Assembly: GCA_032718475.1 (NCBI GenBank)
Contig: JAUCBJ010001244.1
Span: 1-64,000, forward strand
DNA: 64,000 nucleotides
Direction of reading: 5' to 3'
DNA from: Nemertoderma westbladi
Taxonomy: Eukaryota > Animalia > Xenacoelomorpha
This document shows, piece by piece, positions 25,730 through 38,879 of the stretch (positions are counted from its first letter, which is position 1; each line of letters begins with the position of its first letter). The position numbers were made by a program, and so were the translations under genes. The notes below the pieces were generated by a model. The model did no database searches. It was not told where the DNA came from and worked only from the letters and a program-made list of their open reading frames with translations.

Positions 25730-26069
25730 TACTTCTACAAAATTTATATGAGTCTACATAGATCATAATGTAAATTCGAAGATTCACTGCCACTACATTT
25801 TATCAAAATTATCGAAATTGACTGGCATATTTTTTAAATTACATCACATTCTCCCACTTTCAATACTGAGAACTTTATATTTTGCACTTGTCCATACTAT
25901 ACGGAATAATTCTATGGGAAACAGCTACAATTCCTATACTAATCAAATAAAAACAGCAATTAATAAAATTATTAGAGCAATTACCTTTAGTTACTTTCAA
26001 TCTCATGCGGCTCCCATTTTTAAATCCTTGAAAATTTTACTACTTGAAAATCAATTTGAACTTTTTTAA
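25730..26069 (+). pseudogene. LINE (L2/Crack-like) RT C-terminal fragment
   Basis: KLSKLTGIFFKLHHILPLSILRTLYFALVH...NKIIRAIT...HAAPIFKSLKIL. Confidence 0.75.
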
Positions 26070-26384
26070 TTCCGTGTGTTCGATATATATACTGTATATA
26101 TATATATATAATATATATTAAGTCCATTCAAAACAAGGTTTCTATGGTTCCAATTCCTTTTCTTTTGTTTTCACTTTCGATGCCTTTTCTTCTTCTCTCC
26201 ACCTTAGTTACAACTGTGAAATAAATTATATATTATGTTATATACTGTTATATACTTACTATATTAACATGTTAAATATATTAACAAAATTAACAAACAA
26301 ATATGGCAAATGCAAATCAAACATTAAATGTCAATCATTATCTAATACATAAACCTTTCACATCATAAACTCTCATTTTTTACA

Positions 26385-26657
26385 GGATGGTAACAGTGCT
26401 CATATGATTGTTAGAGTTGGTAAAGGTGACTATAAGGTTGTTAGAGTTCGTAATGGTGCTGATAATGTTGTTCGAATTGGTAATGGTGCTGGTAAGGTTG
26501 TTAGAGTTTGTAACAGTGCTGGTAATCTTGTTAGATCTGGCAACAATGTCGGTATGGTTGTTAGAGTTTGTAATGGTACTGGTAATATTGTTTTTGTTGT
26601 TAATGGTGCTGATAATGTTTTTCGAGTTGGTAATGGTGCTGGTAAGGTTGTTAGACA
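26385..26657. repeat. 30-bp minisatellite, ~9 copies
   Basis: GGTAATGGTGCTGGTAAGGTTGTTAGAGTT-like units; open in several frames. Confidence 0.85.
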
Positions 26658-26865
26658 CCAATGTTGGAATATTGTTGTTCTAAATCAAAGCATCAATGTT
26701 CTCCAATGGAATTATTATTCTGAAATAAAATTCAATAAAATTAAACAACAAAATTAAATATTCTGAAATCGGGTTGGTACTGGTCAAACGACTCAGAGGA
26801 AATATGGCTTAGTATATTTCAATCCATTCCGGCAACTCTATCAGGTAGAGCCATGTTCGATAAGG

Positions 26866-28709
26866 GGATGTAGGTCAATTCGGTCCCGGACAATTCGGTC
26901 CCGGACAATTCGGTCCGGACAATTCGGTCCCAGACAATTCGGTCCCGGACAATTCGGTCCCAAAACACTAAATAAATGGGACCGAATTGTCCGGGACAGA
27001 ATTGTCCAGGACCAAATTGTCCTAGGACCGAATTGTCCTAGGACCGAATTGTTCGGGACCGAATTGTCCGGGACCGAATTGTCCAGTTCCTGATAGCAAC
27101 TTTTTAGTGCTTTTTTGATATTGGTGAATGTTCTAGAAAATTAGTAGAGATATTTGTTATGGTAGCTAGTGTTATTTACTTGCTAGAACTTTTTGAAATT
27201 TTAAAAATACTGTATTTTTTTTTATTTTTGTTATTGGTAGTGTTCGAGAACATTATTATATATTATTTATTAAGGTGTAGCTAGTGTTTTTTTTTTACTA
27301 GCTAGCATTTCCTTAAAATTATAAAAATACCTGTGAAAACATTGATATTTCAGAATTAGGCCTAAACTGTTGCTGATTATATTAATTACCAACAATATTG
27401 ATATTGATGAATAAATATGAATGAGATCCAGCTATTATCTACAGTACAGGCCACCAGAAAACGCAGATTTGTACAATTGTGAACACATTTTATCAAATGT
27501 GTACCAGTGTAATGTAATGTTGTTGAACGGGACAATTGAATATAATTGAACATAATTGAATTGGCAACAACCAAAATTTTTTCGCCAAAGGATACAATTG
27601 AATACTTTTGAAACGCTTAGTACTCTGGAAACTCTCTGTAGTTTGCCGCGAACTGTCACTCACTGCAGCTGGAAATGCGATAAGGATTTTGTTTACCTTT
27701 ATAGTGTGCGGTTAATGGTGTCTAGTAGGCAGGCCTATAGTTAGTGATGTTAAGGCATCTTCTGGTGTTACTCTGTGCCCTCTCGGTGTCAGACTAATGG
27801 CGCGACATCTCCCTGCACTGAATTAATTATTCAATGGTCTAGGCTCCTCCATCCATATATCCATCGACTCCCATACACTCCATGATCCTCCATGTGGTCT
27901 TGTATGTAGTTCTCTCTCTACCAATACAGCCCATGTCCGCAATGTTACGCCCTGGGGGCTCTCTCATCTACCTGATATCAGACATACAGGCGCACCACAC
28001 AATAAGCCTTTGTCGGTCCCAGCAAGTTAGCCAGCCTCCTGCTGTGTGATCTAGAAGATAACTCGCCATAACCTGCCAATCAGGTTACTTGAACAAATGT
28101 GTTCACATGTGATCACATTGGATGAAATCTGCTTTTTCTGGTGGCCTGTACTGTAGGATAATAATTTAGGCTTGTTATCCAACCAACAACACATACAGTA
28201 TACTTACGCAATATATAAAAAAAAAATCAGTTTTAAAAATAACCATTTTAAATACATACTATTACTAGCTAGTAAATAATTAACAAGCTCCATAAAAACA
28301 CCATAGCTACCATAAATAATAATGTTAACAAAAAAAGTAAATTTTTTTATTTAAAAAAAAAAAAAATACTAGCTAGCAAAAAAAAATACTAGCTACCATA
28401 TAATAATATATATTAAGGTTCTAGAACATTCACCATTATATAGTACCAATTAAATTTGGTCCCGGACAAATTGGTCCCGGACAATTCGGTCCCGGATAAT
28501 TCGGTCCCGGACAATTCGGTCCCGGACAATTCGGTCCCATTAATATGCATGTTTTGGGACCGAATTGTCCTAGTCAGTATCCGGACAATTCGGTCCCGGA
28601 CAATTCGGTCCCAAAACATAAAATTAATGGGACCGAATTGTCCGGGACCGAATTGTCCGGGACCAAATTGTCTGGACCGAATTGTACGGGACCGAATTGT
28701 CCTGCTTCC
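26866..28709. mobile_element. Foldback-type TIR element with 8-bp TSD (Merlin- or MULE-like)
   Basis: CGATAAGG at 26858-26865 and 28710-28717; termini GGATGTAGG / CCTGCTTCC; 15-bp GGTCCCGGACAATTC arrays at both ends; inner inverted matches 27121/28420 and 27439/28125. Confidence 0.85.
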
Positions 28710-29429
28710 CGATAAGGCTATGTCCTTGTACCAAAAGACTACCCAGGAATGTACCCAGGCTGCCATAAGAGACAAAGTTCTTCTGTTGTTCTATAATTTT
28801 CTTCTGCTTTAGCAAAGAACTGGTTACTTGACAGGCAGAAGAAGCACAACCTGGCGTCTAATTATGGAACTGAGAATAAAGATTCCACTGACGTAGATCA
28901 AGGACTTGGGGGAACTCCTTGTCCGGGGGACATCAAGAGCTGCTACAACAGCCTTTCATCGTGAACCACCTGTCCCTGAGGTAAATATCGCCCCAGCTGT
29001 ACTCACAGAGGGCATTGGAGAATTACCAACGACACCACCACATCTTCACCAGGCTCAGAAAGACAGAGTATTCTAGTGGCAAGATTGATTCATGAAATTG
29101 ATAGAATTTGGTTTGGGGCCAGATGTATCTTTAAAGGGAAGCGGCGGTGCCTAGTTTACACCTGATATTTTACTGCCAAACATGAAGCACCAGATGGGCA
29201 AGTACATCGGAATATCGCTGTGGGGAACGAAGCCAGCAGTATTTGGTGTCCCTACGCAGATGACCTATCGATTCTCTCTCTTTATGAACATCAAAAGAGA
29301 GAGCGCATGTCACAGCGTAAGAAACGCTATAGCGAAAGAAATTTAAAAGGAATAGATAATAACGATACCTGTACATAACTTTACAGTGTTTGATCCCATA
29401 ACTTTACAGTGTTGTGGCTTAATTTACAC

Positions 29430-29665
29430 GCACTACCAATGTTCGTTCGGCCAAAGCCGGAGGCGACCAGAAGGCTCCTCTTTCGATAGCTGCTACCAAA
29501 GGGTAGGGGTGGGTGCTACTCCTATCCCAAGATTTGCTCCCAGTTACTTAACTGGTACTCATTTCATCGACCCCAGTGGATGAAAGGCTGAGTGGACCAT
29601 GGCGGGGCTGTACCTACAACCAATAGATTGCAGGCCCGGCGCTCAACCAACTGAGCTACTCATCG
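29430..29665 (-). mobile_element. tRNA-headed SINE with Deu/Nin-like central domain
   Basis: Minus strand: A box TAGCTCAGTTGG, degenerate B box, then CACTCAGCCTTTCATCC...GGTCGATGAAATGAGTACCAG. Confidence 0.75.
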
Positions 29666-31089
29666 TATATAATTTAATATAATTACCATTTTACCGATGT
29701 CCAATTTTAACATATGTTCAATTTTACCGTATGTAAATAGTTTTTATTATATTACAATATAATATAATATTCTGTAATTTATGAAGGACCTACGTTTTTT
29801 ATAATAGTTTATCAATAGTTAATAATAGTTTATATCAAATAGTTTATAATAGTTAATATATATATTATTATAATAGTATAACAATTTATCATATTTCATT
29901 TTATGAAATATGATTTGTAACATCTCTATTTTCGATTTACACCTGTTTTTTGTTGTTTGCAATTAGATGGAATTCATATAAAATAATTTAGAAATTTCAA
30001 ATTGTAAATTGATTGTTTGAATCCTTTTTTTTGCGCAGTAGGAGTTTTTTGGAACATACTTATATACAGTACTAATTTATTAATATTCATTAATATATTA
30101 AAGTTTAAGTGTTTCTGAGAATATTTGCATTAATCGAATAGTTCATATGATACGTTAAATTCCAATAGGAATATTTTTTTACTTGCTTTAAATTGGCGGA
30201 TGTAAATGAAAAGCAGTTCGATTTTTCTTTATATTCTGTTATAATAATGTCATTTAACTTCAATCCGTCATCAGCATTTGCCACAAAATTCCCAGTGAAA
30301 TTCCATTAAAATTACAGCCTTCTATAAACAAAAATCACATAAAAATAAATCATAACATTTCTTTTTTTAAATAACATTAAAGTTAAGTTTGCCTTACTCA
30401 AGGTTTCTATTAAATAATAAGTTAGCATTTTGGTACAATGGACAGGGAATATCTTATATGCCCATCTAATGCTACTCATAGGGTTCATTCAGATAGATAT
30501 ATAAGACATATAAGAACTTCCTGAACTAGAATTATAAGAACTAAAGAACTTCCCGAACGAAAAAATAGTACAGTGTCCTTTTATAAAAGCGCATTGCTTC
30601 CCAGGAGAGGAAAGGGAACATTATATAAGATATTGTGAATACAGGAATAGGGACTTTCTTTTTGAGACAAGAAAGCGAAAGAAAAAGAAGTATAAATAGA
30701 AGAGCTACAATGGTCAGCGGCATTGGGAGAAGAAGTGTGGGATTAAACAATGTTTAGTTTGATTTAGGGCTGATTGATTGATGTCTAGTGTGCAAGTTTT
30801 GGTATTGTATTTATATTGTAGTGCGAGCAACAGAACCAAAATAACTGTTAACTGTAGGGGAGATATATAATAATGCCCTGTTAGTATGTAAAGTTGTGCA
30901 TGCATGTATGAACTAGAATAATTCGAACTGACATTTAATATATCATCACATAAATCCCTTATGACATAGACACTAACTTAGAAGCATGAAAACCACATAT
31001 GTAGTGTATTAATATCCTGAAGACATTAGTTCAATGTTATTATCTTTTCCTACTCTGTTCTGAATAATATTTGTATTATGTCTACCATT

Positions 31090-31803
31090 AGAGGTTTTTG
31101 TGTTGTTTTTTTGCCCGAAATCTTGTAACTTAAGTACAATAGATCCAATATATTTATACCAGCGTGTTATTTCTAGAACTGATAAATTTACATATTTGGG
31201 TCATATTATACACGAATCACGTGATGATGATCTTGACATTAAGAAACAAATAGGTAGTATGTACGCCCGTACAAATACGTTGTTTAGAAAATTTAGTACC
31301 TGTACCGTTGCAGTGAAAGTTCGTTTATTTCTAGCGTTTATAACTCCACTATATTGTAATGCTCTATGGTCACGTAGGAACTATTCATCTGTTGTCTATA
31401 ATCGGTTAAGGGTAGCATACAATAATGCAGCAAGAAAGCTATTTTTCATCTCTGTAGGTTCTAGTATGTCATATTTCTCTGGTTGCAATAATATTCCGTG
31501 CTTCATTCATTTACATTTCAAATCAATTCAATCAATTTCGTAGGATAAAATGCTCCAGTAATTATATTGTAAATGCTGTATATCTTTACACCGCGTTGCA
31601 TAGTTCTAGAATTTTTGAAATGTGCAATTCCGAAAATCTGTTAATTTAGCGAATTATTAGTATTACTAAGTACATACATACATAATCAATTGCATACTTA
31701 ATTATTGTAGGTAGACGATATGGGCTGATTGTGCGATTATAATATAATATTATATTTTCCATATGTTGCCTGCGGTAAATAAATAAATAAATAAATAAAT
31801 AAA
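31090..31803 (+). pseudogene. 5'-truncated LINE: RT C-terminus and (TAAA)n tail
   Basis: FTYLGHII...DDDLDIKKQ...KVRLF...LYCNALW...AYNNAARKLF; (taaa)n at ~31776-31803. Confidence 0.8.
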
Positions 31804-31899
31804 TTAGAGCCATTATAGAATAGACAATGTAGTTAGTGATGCATGCCAGAGATTGTGTAGGTAATAACATTATATAAAGGCAAGATAGAAAAAGGTAGG

Positions 31900-32777
31900 A
31901 GTAGTAGGGTCTTGGCCGGCTCTGCGACAGTTGGACCCCACTGACACCCATTGGGTGTCATATGACACCCAATTATCACCCTATGGGTGTCATTGGGTGT
32001 CATTGGCGCCAGACTGTCTGGGTGACACCTCTCAATTAGGCTAATTAGACCCTAATTGACAGGTGTCATCAATTAATTAGTACAATTAAACCCTAACAGG
32101 TGTCATATGACTCCTAATTAGGGTTTAATTGATTATCCTAATTAATCAGACTGATTAGCGCCCTGACACACAATGGGTCGTCAGTGTTGTCCAACTGTCG
32201 CAGAGCCGGCTCAAGAGGGTGTCATAAGTGACACCGCAGCTCTTTTATTCATTAATACTTATTTATATTTAATTTTAATTATTTGCATTTTATTTTATTC
32301 GTATTTAATTCTAAATTAATTATTCATTTGTACTTTATGGGTATACAGCTCCCTTACTGGTAACTAATTACTCCAGACAGCTTTATCGTTGACCTTCGAC
32401 CCCCCAATTAGCTTTAACCAAGCAACAGCATATTAATGATAGTTGTATCCAAGCGCCCCTGCCCCCCACCCCGTGACAGCTCTGATTACTAATTACTCTT
32501 ACATATATCCAACCGCCTGCAGTTCCATAGTCTGCCGCTAGAGGGCGTATTATCTGAAAATTAACATCTTCTCTAACTTTGTTATTTTCAATTTAACTAT
32601 TTATTTGTACCTAATTTTAATTAATTATTTGTATTCTATTTGACTTTATTTATTCATTTGTACTTTATTTTAAATTAATTAATTGTATTACTTTTATTTT
32701 ATATATTGATTTCTATTTTTAGATTAATTTGGTTTTATATTACCAATGAGATCACTATGACATAATGTCTATTTTTA
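31900..32777 (+). repeat. Left terminal inverted repeat
   Basis: Reverse complement of 45193-46096 apart from a few substitutions and small indels. Confidence 0.95.
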
Positions 32778-33264
32778 ACTTTATAATGGCTATGGTATAC
32801 GGCTCCCTACTGGCAACTATCAACTACGTTCATCGGCGGGGGGCCCCTCCTCTGCCATCGCTTTTCATTAGTAGATACAACAGGCAGTGAATCTATACGT
32901 ATACCCCCCCAGGCAATTATAAATGAGTGGTCCCATCTGTTAGCAGCCCCTTTGTCTTCATTATTCAATGGCGCCAGGCGGCCTTGACTACAGCAAATCC
33001 CTATGTCGCCCAAGGCTAATGCTCAAGCGGCCCTCCATTGTTCTCGGCATAGCCGGCGTCGCTTTGCCCCTTTCCTATATCCAGGCAGCCCCTATCATAA
33101 CAATGAAGCGCCACTAATCACGCATTCCTCTCTACTAATCCCTTTCCTTTGCACCAGACCTGCTTCTGTTATACAGCCAACTCAACATAATTAGTCAAGA
33201 TGCCTACGGGGTTTCTAATATAGAATCAACAGGAGAAGTTGCCTTGGTAACCGCTTTTGCGCGA

Positions 33265-33360
33265 ACAGCCAATCAGCGGGCTTCATTTCTGCTGCTGCGC
33301 TCTGATTGGCCCATTTAAGAGACAAGGGCCTCCCTTACTAACCGAATTGCTATTTAATAC
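33265..33360 (+). promoter_or_regulatory. Putative Pol II promoter of the left transcription unit
   Basis: CCAATCAG (~33269) and inverted CTGATTGG (~33302) boxes, then TATTTAA at ~33351. Confidence 0.4.
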
Positions 33361-33470
33361 GTCCCCACTAATATATTAGGTCATTATTTCAATTGCAATT
33401 TACAATTAACATCATTTACCATTATTTTGTTTTCGAATTTAATATTATTTATTTAAGAATATTTATTTGT

Positions 33471-34280
33471 CATTTCGCCGCGTTATCACTCATCGTCGAC
33501 AACAAACTTTCCGCGTATCCGCCGCGTAATATTTCAATATTTCTAATTTCCGATACCATTCCGTTCTATCGGTTGATAAACTCTCTCCTCGTCCACGTCA
33601 ACCAACTTCCTCATCGCCACCGAACTTCCAAACTTCTTCTTTCCGTGAATATCTACTAACACCGTAAGTAAAATCTGCCTTCCATCTAGCTATACTTTCG
33701 ACGCCGCTAGCAAACAATTTACATTTAATGTCTACCGATACAACAGTATTGCAGTAGGCTCATTATTAATTACTGTCAGACTGCGGTGGTACCGATAGCC
33801 TAAACCGTGATCGAAGCATTCGATCAATAGGCTTACATCCGCCTATCTGCTTACAGTATTTTTTATCTTTTTACAAATAATCATCTTATTTTTCTAGTAT
33901 CATTTCGCCGCGCTATCGCTCATCGTCGACAACAAACTTTCCACATATCCGCCGCGTAATATTCCATTATTTCTAATTTCCGTTACCATTCCGTTCTATC
34001 GATTAATAAATTCTCTCGTCGTCCACGTCAACCAACTTCCTCACGAACATCCAAACTTCTTCTTTCCGTGAATATTTACTAACACCGTAAGTAAAATCTG
34101 CCTTCCCTTCCACCATCTGACGGTACTATCGATGCCGCTAGCAAACAATTTACATTTAATGTCTACCGGTACAACAGTATTGCAGTAGGCTCATTATTAA
34201 TTACTGTCAGACTGCGGTGATACCGATAGCCTAAACCGTGATCGAAGCATTCGATCAATAGGCCTACATCTGTCTATCTG
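33471..34280 (+). repeat. 430-bp-period tandem duplication containing putative non-coding leader exons
   Basis: Units start at 33471 and 33901; each has an ACC|GTAAGT donor (33664, 34087); acceptors TTTTTCTAG end at 33897 and 34802. Confidence 0.75.
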
Positions 34281-34809
34281 CCTGTCTACCTGACTATCGG
34301 TACCGCATCATTCGAGTTAGCCTAATGCCACTGTAGTAACGATATAGACCCTATTGAACAACAATGAATACTGCAGTTTTCATTATATATCCTACTGACT
34401 AACTGAGATCTCACACAGCGATTAGCTAAGCCTATCGTTGATTTCTATTGGTTAACGCTACCGGTACGTCTGACTTGTAGCAGACTATATCACTAGCACT
34501 ACTGCACTGACTGACTGCTGTTTATAGACCCTCTTTCCACGAATAATAACTGCCATCGCTATTGTGTCTTGGTTATCGCCACTATCTGACCGCTGGTACA
34601 CTAACACTACTGCACTAGGCACTACCGACGGCGACGGTCTGCTTTATGTTTCACTGTCTGATTGCTACAATACAGCAATAGGCCTAACTATACAAACACA
34701 GTATTGTTGCCTAGTAACCAATTAATACCTACTGTTTTACTTTATTTTTAGCAAGTATACAGTATTTTTTATTTTTTACAAATAATCAACCTATTTTTCT
34801 AGATTCAAG

Positions 34810-37800
34810 ATGCCAAGATCAACAAATAAAGTCAGCTGCCCCATCTGCGACAAAGAGACACGGAGTGATCATTTATCTCGCCACATTAAAACTCATTTCG
34901 TGCAATATAGGTGCGACTGCTGTCCGACTTGGTCTTCGGAAAAGAAGACGCTGGTTGGCCATCTTGTTTCGTGTCCTCAGGGGGGAACAGGATTTAGTTA
35001 CGTAAACGAGCCAGCCGATTGCCGCTGCGGGGATTCGCTCAGCCTGTCATCCTTTTCTGAGCATGAATGCTACACTCGACTTTTTTCGCGGAAACGCAAA
35101 ACTCCGACTACCTCCCACTCATCCCCCATCAACTCTACTCCAGAACAAGTCGGCGGCGGCGGCTCCAATAACGAACCTTCAACTTCGCGAGATTCTATTT
35201 CCCCAAACAATCCATTTCAACCACCCTCCAACGGAAGCGCACATGGACGACTGTTTACCTATAACAACGACCTCGCAGAAACAAGACTCGACGCAGAATT
35301 AACATTAAACGAAAATTTTCCACACATTCAAGAACATGTTAGTAGCCATTTACGTAGTGCCATGGGAACTTTTTTAAGAGTCTGGCTTACAATCAACATC
35401 GTAATGGAGCGTGAAACCAGCGAGGGTTTTCAAATTGAATCCTTCTGTTTTAAATCTAGCGGTAACAATAATCAAATTCTGAATAATAGCGACTTTAATA
35501 ACTGGTTTTCCGGCGCCGTCAATCGTATCGATCAACTGTTAAGTGTGTTTCTCTGCCTCGGCTCAGGTTGGCGCATAATAGCCATCGAGCGAATAACTAT
35601 TGAGATTGCGCGTTCCCAACGCAACCCCTATTTAAAGGGTCAAGGCTTCAATAATTCTAAATTATTATTAAATAAAAAATGTACCGTAAGCGTAGACTGC
35701 CCGCTGGGGGAATGCTTTAAATACGCAGTATTGGCCGCCGCAAATTATAAGAAAATTGATAGAAAACAAAATAATATTAGTAGAATTTCAACGTTTACTC
35801 CTTTCCTAAACATGTTTGATTTTTCGAATTTAAGTTTTCCGGTGGACAGAGTAACTGGTATTCCCCAGTTTCTGAAAGCCAACCCTAAATACTGCATAAA
35901 CCTTCTTTATTGGAGTAATACGGAAGAACTCTCCATTCTAAGTCAACCAGATAGCGCGCACTGTTCCGGTAAAACTGTACTAAACTTATTATTTATCGAA
36001 GCCACAAGCAAAAACCCCGCCCACTACGTAGCCATTACTAACATAGATAGATTAATAAATACAAAAGCTACTTCTACCGGCAACAAGACGCACTGCGAAC
36101 GCTGTCTCAGAGCCTTTTACACTGTCAAATCATTGGAAGAACATCGAGAGCGTTGCTATACGGGTAAACGCCAACTCGAGTATATGCCCGAAAATCTCTT
36201 GGTTAAATTTGATAGGTACGATAAGACTCTATCCCCGCCTTTCTGTATATACGCCGACATTGAAACTATTCTAGAACCTACAAACAATATTAAACTCCCA
36301 CAGAAACATATAGCTAGCGCGGCAGCCTTTTATACAGTACCAAATCAGAAATTAATTAACCCTCCTAAAACAGATGTTCAAATTTTCCGCGACGATGGCA
36401 GTAACCACGTAATGCGCGACTTTCTAACCGCTATGGAAAGTCATTGTAGGGAGTTATACGATTGGTCCATTTCTAGTACAAACACACACGCCCCCATGCA
36501 ACTCACTACTAGCCAGCAAACTGACTTTAATAACGCTACACAATGCTACGTCTGCAACTGTAATTTAACCCCCGATTCGCATAATTTAAACCTCAATGAC
36601 AATCTCAGCACCAAAGTCCGCGATCATGATCATTATAGCGGGGAGTATCGAGGGGCTGCTTGCGTCAGCTGCAACAGGAAACTTTCCCTAAAACGGAATA
36701 ATTTTTATATTATATTTCATAACTTGAGGAAATTCGATATGCATTTACTACTAAAAGAAGGAATGACCGATAGTTCTAGAACACACTGGAAAATGTCCGT
36801 AATACCAAAAAACACCGAAACTTATATTCACCTTAAAGTTAGCTTCCCAATCGATCCGAGTACACCAACAGCCAACGCTAAAGAAAGTATCTCCATTAAT
36901 TTTCTAGATTCCTATCAGTTTATGACTGCCAGCCTAGATAATCTTAGTAGCTATCTCACTAAAAATAACAGTAACCTAGCAACAGCCATACCCCATACAC
37001 TAGCTCAAATGACCCAACTCTATCCCAACATTAGCGATAACACAATAAAAAACAAGGGCGTATTCCCATATTCCTACATTCAAAATATTTCAAACCTATA
37101 CGAAACTACACTCCCCCCATTAGAAAGCTTCTATAATGATCTCAAATTGGAACAATGTAGCGCAGAAAACTATCAGCGCGCGCTTACTACTTGGGATGAA
37201 TTAAACTGTCTAACAATCTTCGACTATATGATTGGCTATTTGGTTCTAGATGTTACCCTATTGGCTGATACTTTCGAGCAGTTCCGATCCCTCTGTCTTA
37301 CTAATTATGGACTCGAGCCCGTAATGTACTTCACTGCCCCTGGATTAACTTACGACGCAGCGCTGAAATTCACGCAATCAGAAATTCAATTACTATCAGA
37401 CGCTTCCATCTACTCGGACTTTGAAACAAATATTAGGGGTGGTCTAGTATTCTTGAATACACATTCCGTAGACGCAAATATCCCCGATAAACCCGACTAT
37501 GACTCCAGTCTCCCCGAGAAATATCTAATTCCCATCGATGCGAATAACCTTTACGGCTGCGCCCTGAGCCAGAAACTTCCCCACGCTAATATTAAACTCG
37601 TAACTACCCCCATAGACCTAGCTACAGTAGACGCGAGTGGGGATACTGGTTATTATTGCATAGTTGATCTACATTACCCGAAAGAAATTCATGATTTGAC
37701 CGCCGATCTGCCTCTAGGAGCGGAGAAGATGTCAGTCCCTAAATCCTTTCTTAGCGAATACATGGAAGATCTTTGGGAGCATTACAATCTCACCGATACG

Positions 37801-38865
37801 GCTAGCTGTAGACCATACAACGATACCTGTACTAAGCTACTACTACATCAGTTTAATAAGGTTGAATACGGTATCCATATTAAGCTACTTCAACTCTATT
37901 TGAAGCTCGGTCTTAAACTTACACAAGTACATAGGGTCTACTCTTTCTCACAAAAATATATTTTCAAGGACTACATTAGTTTTAATACAAATAAAAGACA
38001 GTCGGCAAATAACCCATTCGAGGTCCTATTTTATAAGTTGATGAACAATGCCTTGTATGGGAAATGCCTCCAAAAGGTTAGAGACCGCGTTTCTTTCAGG
38101 TTATGCAATAGCGACGAACAATGCGATTTGCTCTTAGCCAAGCCCAATCACGAATCGTTTGTTGTATTTACCCCCAACTTGAGTGGTCATACTTTCACTA
38201 AAGAGGCTGTTTGCCTAAATCAGGGCGTGTTCATCGGTTGCACTATACTAGATCTATCTAAGCTACAGATGTACGACCTATTTTACAACAAACTGAAGCC
38301 TCTAGAACAAAAACTGGATTGCCAGATTCGCTGTCTAGCCGGTGACACGGATTCTCTAATGCTAAGCGTAACTAATACACCACAGCTAACCTTTCTACGG
38401 GCAATGTTTGAGGGTGGTTTCCTAGATACTTCCAACTACAGTACAACACATCCACTCTATACCATTAAACACAAAGCGGCTCTCGGCTTCGTAAAAGATG
38501 AGAGCTGCGGTTTGCAGTATAAACAGTGGGTTTTCCTTAAACCAAAGGTCTACAGTTTTCACTCCTATGATGCCCCAATCAAGAAAACCGCCAAAGGTGT
38601 ATCTAGATCGGTTGTCGCTAAGCAACTAACACACGAGGATTATGCAGACTGTTTTGTAAACGAGGCAATGCTCTTCCGCTATAACTCTACCTTCACTTCT
38701 AGAAAGCATCAAATTTTTACTGGTCATGTCTATAAGAAGGCACTAACGCTCTGGGATACGAAATCATATTGGAGTAGTAAATATAGCAGCAAACCATATG
38801 GACACTATAGCACTAAGCTTGTTAGACCGGCGAAACGAGTAGTAATCCCCCCTACTAGAATTTAA
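34810..38865 (+). CDS. Protein-primed family B DNA polymerase (Polinton pPolB), 1351 aa, with N-terminal C2H2 fingers and an endonuclease VII-like insert
   Basis: Exo motifs YADIET, FHNLRKFD, YLVLDV; pol motifs DANNLYG, KLMNNALYGK, GDTDS, KGV; CPIC..HIKTH finger; CYVC...RDHDHYSGEYRGAACVSCN. Uninterrupted ORF. Confidence 0.96.
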   Translation: MPRSTNKVSCPICDKETRSDHLSRHIKTHFVQYRCDCCPTWSSEKKTLVGHLVSCPQGGTGFSYVNEPADCRCGDSLSLSSFSEHECYTRLFSRKRKTPTTSHSSPINSTPEQVGGGGSNNEPSTSRDSISPNNPFQPPSNGSAHGRLFTYNNDLAETRLDAELTLNENFPHIQEHVSSHLRSAMGTFLRVWLTINIVMERETSEGFQIESFCFKSSGNNNQILNNSDFNNWFSGAVNRIDQLLSVFLCLGSGWRIIAIERITIEIARSQRNPYLKGQGFNNSKLLLNKKCTVSVDCPLGECFKYAVLAAANYKKIDRKQNNISRISTFTPFLNMFDFSNLSFPVDRVTGIPQFLKANPKYCINLLYWSNTEELSILSQPDSAHCSGKTVLNLLFIEATSKNPAHYVAITNIDRLINTKATSTGNKTHCERCLRAFYTVKSLEEHRERCYTGKRQLEYMPENLLVKFDRYDKTLSPPFCIYADIETILEPTNNIKLPQKHIASAAAFYTVPNQKLINPPKTDVQIFRDDGSNHVMRDFLTAMESHCRELYDWSISSTNTHAPMQLTTSQQTDFNNATQCYVCNCNLTPDSHNLNLNDNLSTKVRDHDHYSGEYRGAACVSCNRKLSLKRNNFYIIFHNLRKFDMHLLLKEGMTDSSRTHWKMSVIPKNTETYIHLKVSFPIDPSTPTANAKESISINFLDSYQFMTASLDNLSSYLTKNNSNLATAIPHTLAQMTQLYPNISDNTIKNKGVFPYSYIQNISNLYETTLPPLESFYNDLKLEQCSAENYQRALTTWDELNCLTIFDYMIGYLVLDVTLLADTFEQFRSLCLTNYGLEPVMYFTAPGLTYDAALKFTQSEIQLLSDASIYSDFETNIRGGLVFLNTHSVDANIPDKPDYDSSLPEKYLIPIDANNLYGCALSQKLPHANIKLVTTPIDLATVDASGDTGYYCIVDLHYPKEIHDLTADLPLGAEKMSVPKSFLSEYMEDLWEHYNLTDTASCRPYNDTCTKLLLHQFNKVEYGIHIKLLQLYLKLGLKLTQVHRVYSFSQKYIFKDYISFNTNKRQSANNPFEVLFYKLMNNALYGKCLQKVRDRVSFRLCNSDEQCDLLLAKPNHESFVVFTPNLSGHTFTKEAVCLNQGVFIGCTILDLSKLQMYDLFYNKLKPLEQKLDCQIRCLAGDTDSLMLSVTNTPQLTFLRAMFEGGFLDTSNYSTTHPLYTIKHKAALGFVKDESCGLQYKQWVFLKPKVYSFHSYDAPIKKTAKGVSRSVVAKQLTHEDYADCFVNEAMLFRYNSTFTSRKHQIFTGHVYKKALTLWDTKSYWSSKYSSKPYGHYSTKLVRPAKRVVIPPTRI

Positions 38866-38879
38866 TTTTATTTTTCTAG

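Noticed and set aside
26380-26757. Three overlapping ORFs as mucin-like or membrane proteins
   Set aside because: Products of a 30-bp minisatellite; an exon role cannot be excluded but is unsupported.
28413-28815. ORFs with SVPDN/TELSG/RTIRS repeats
   Set aside because: Translations of the 15-bp subterminal repeats of the foldback element.
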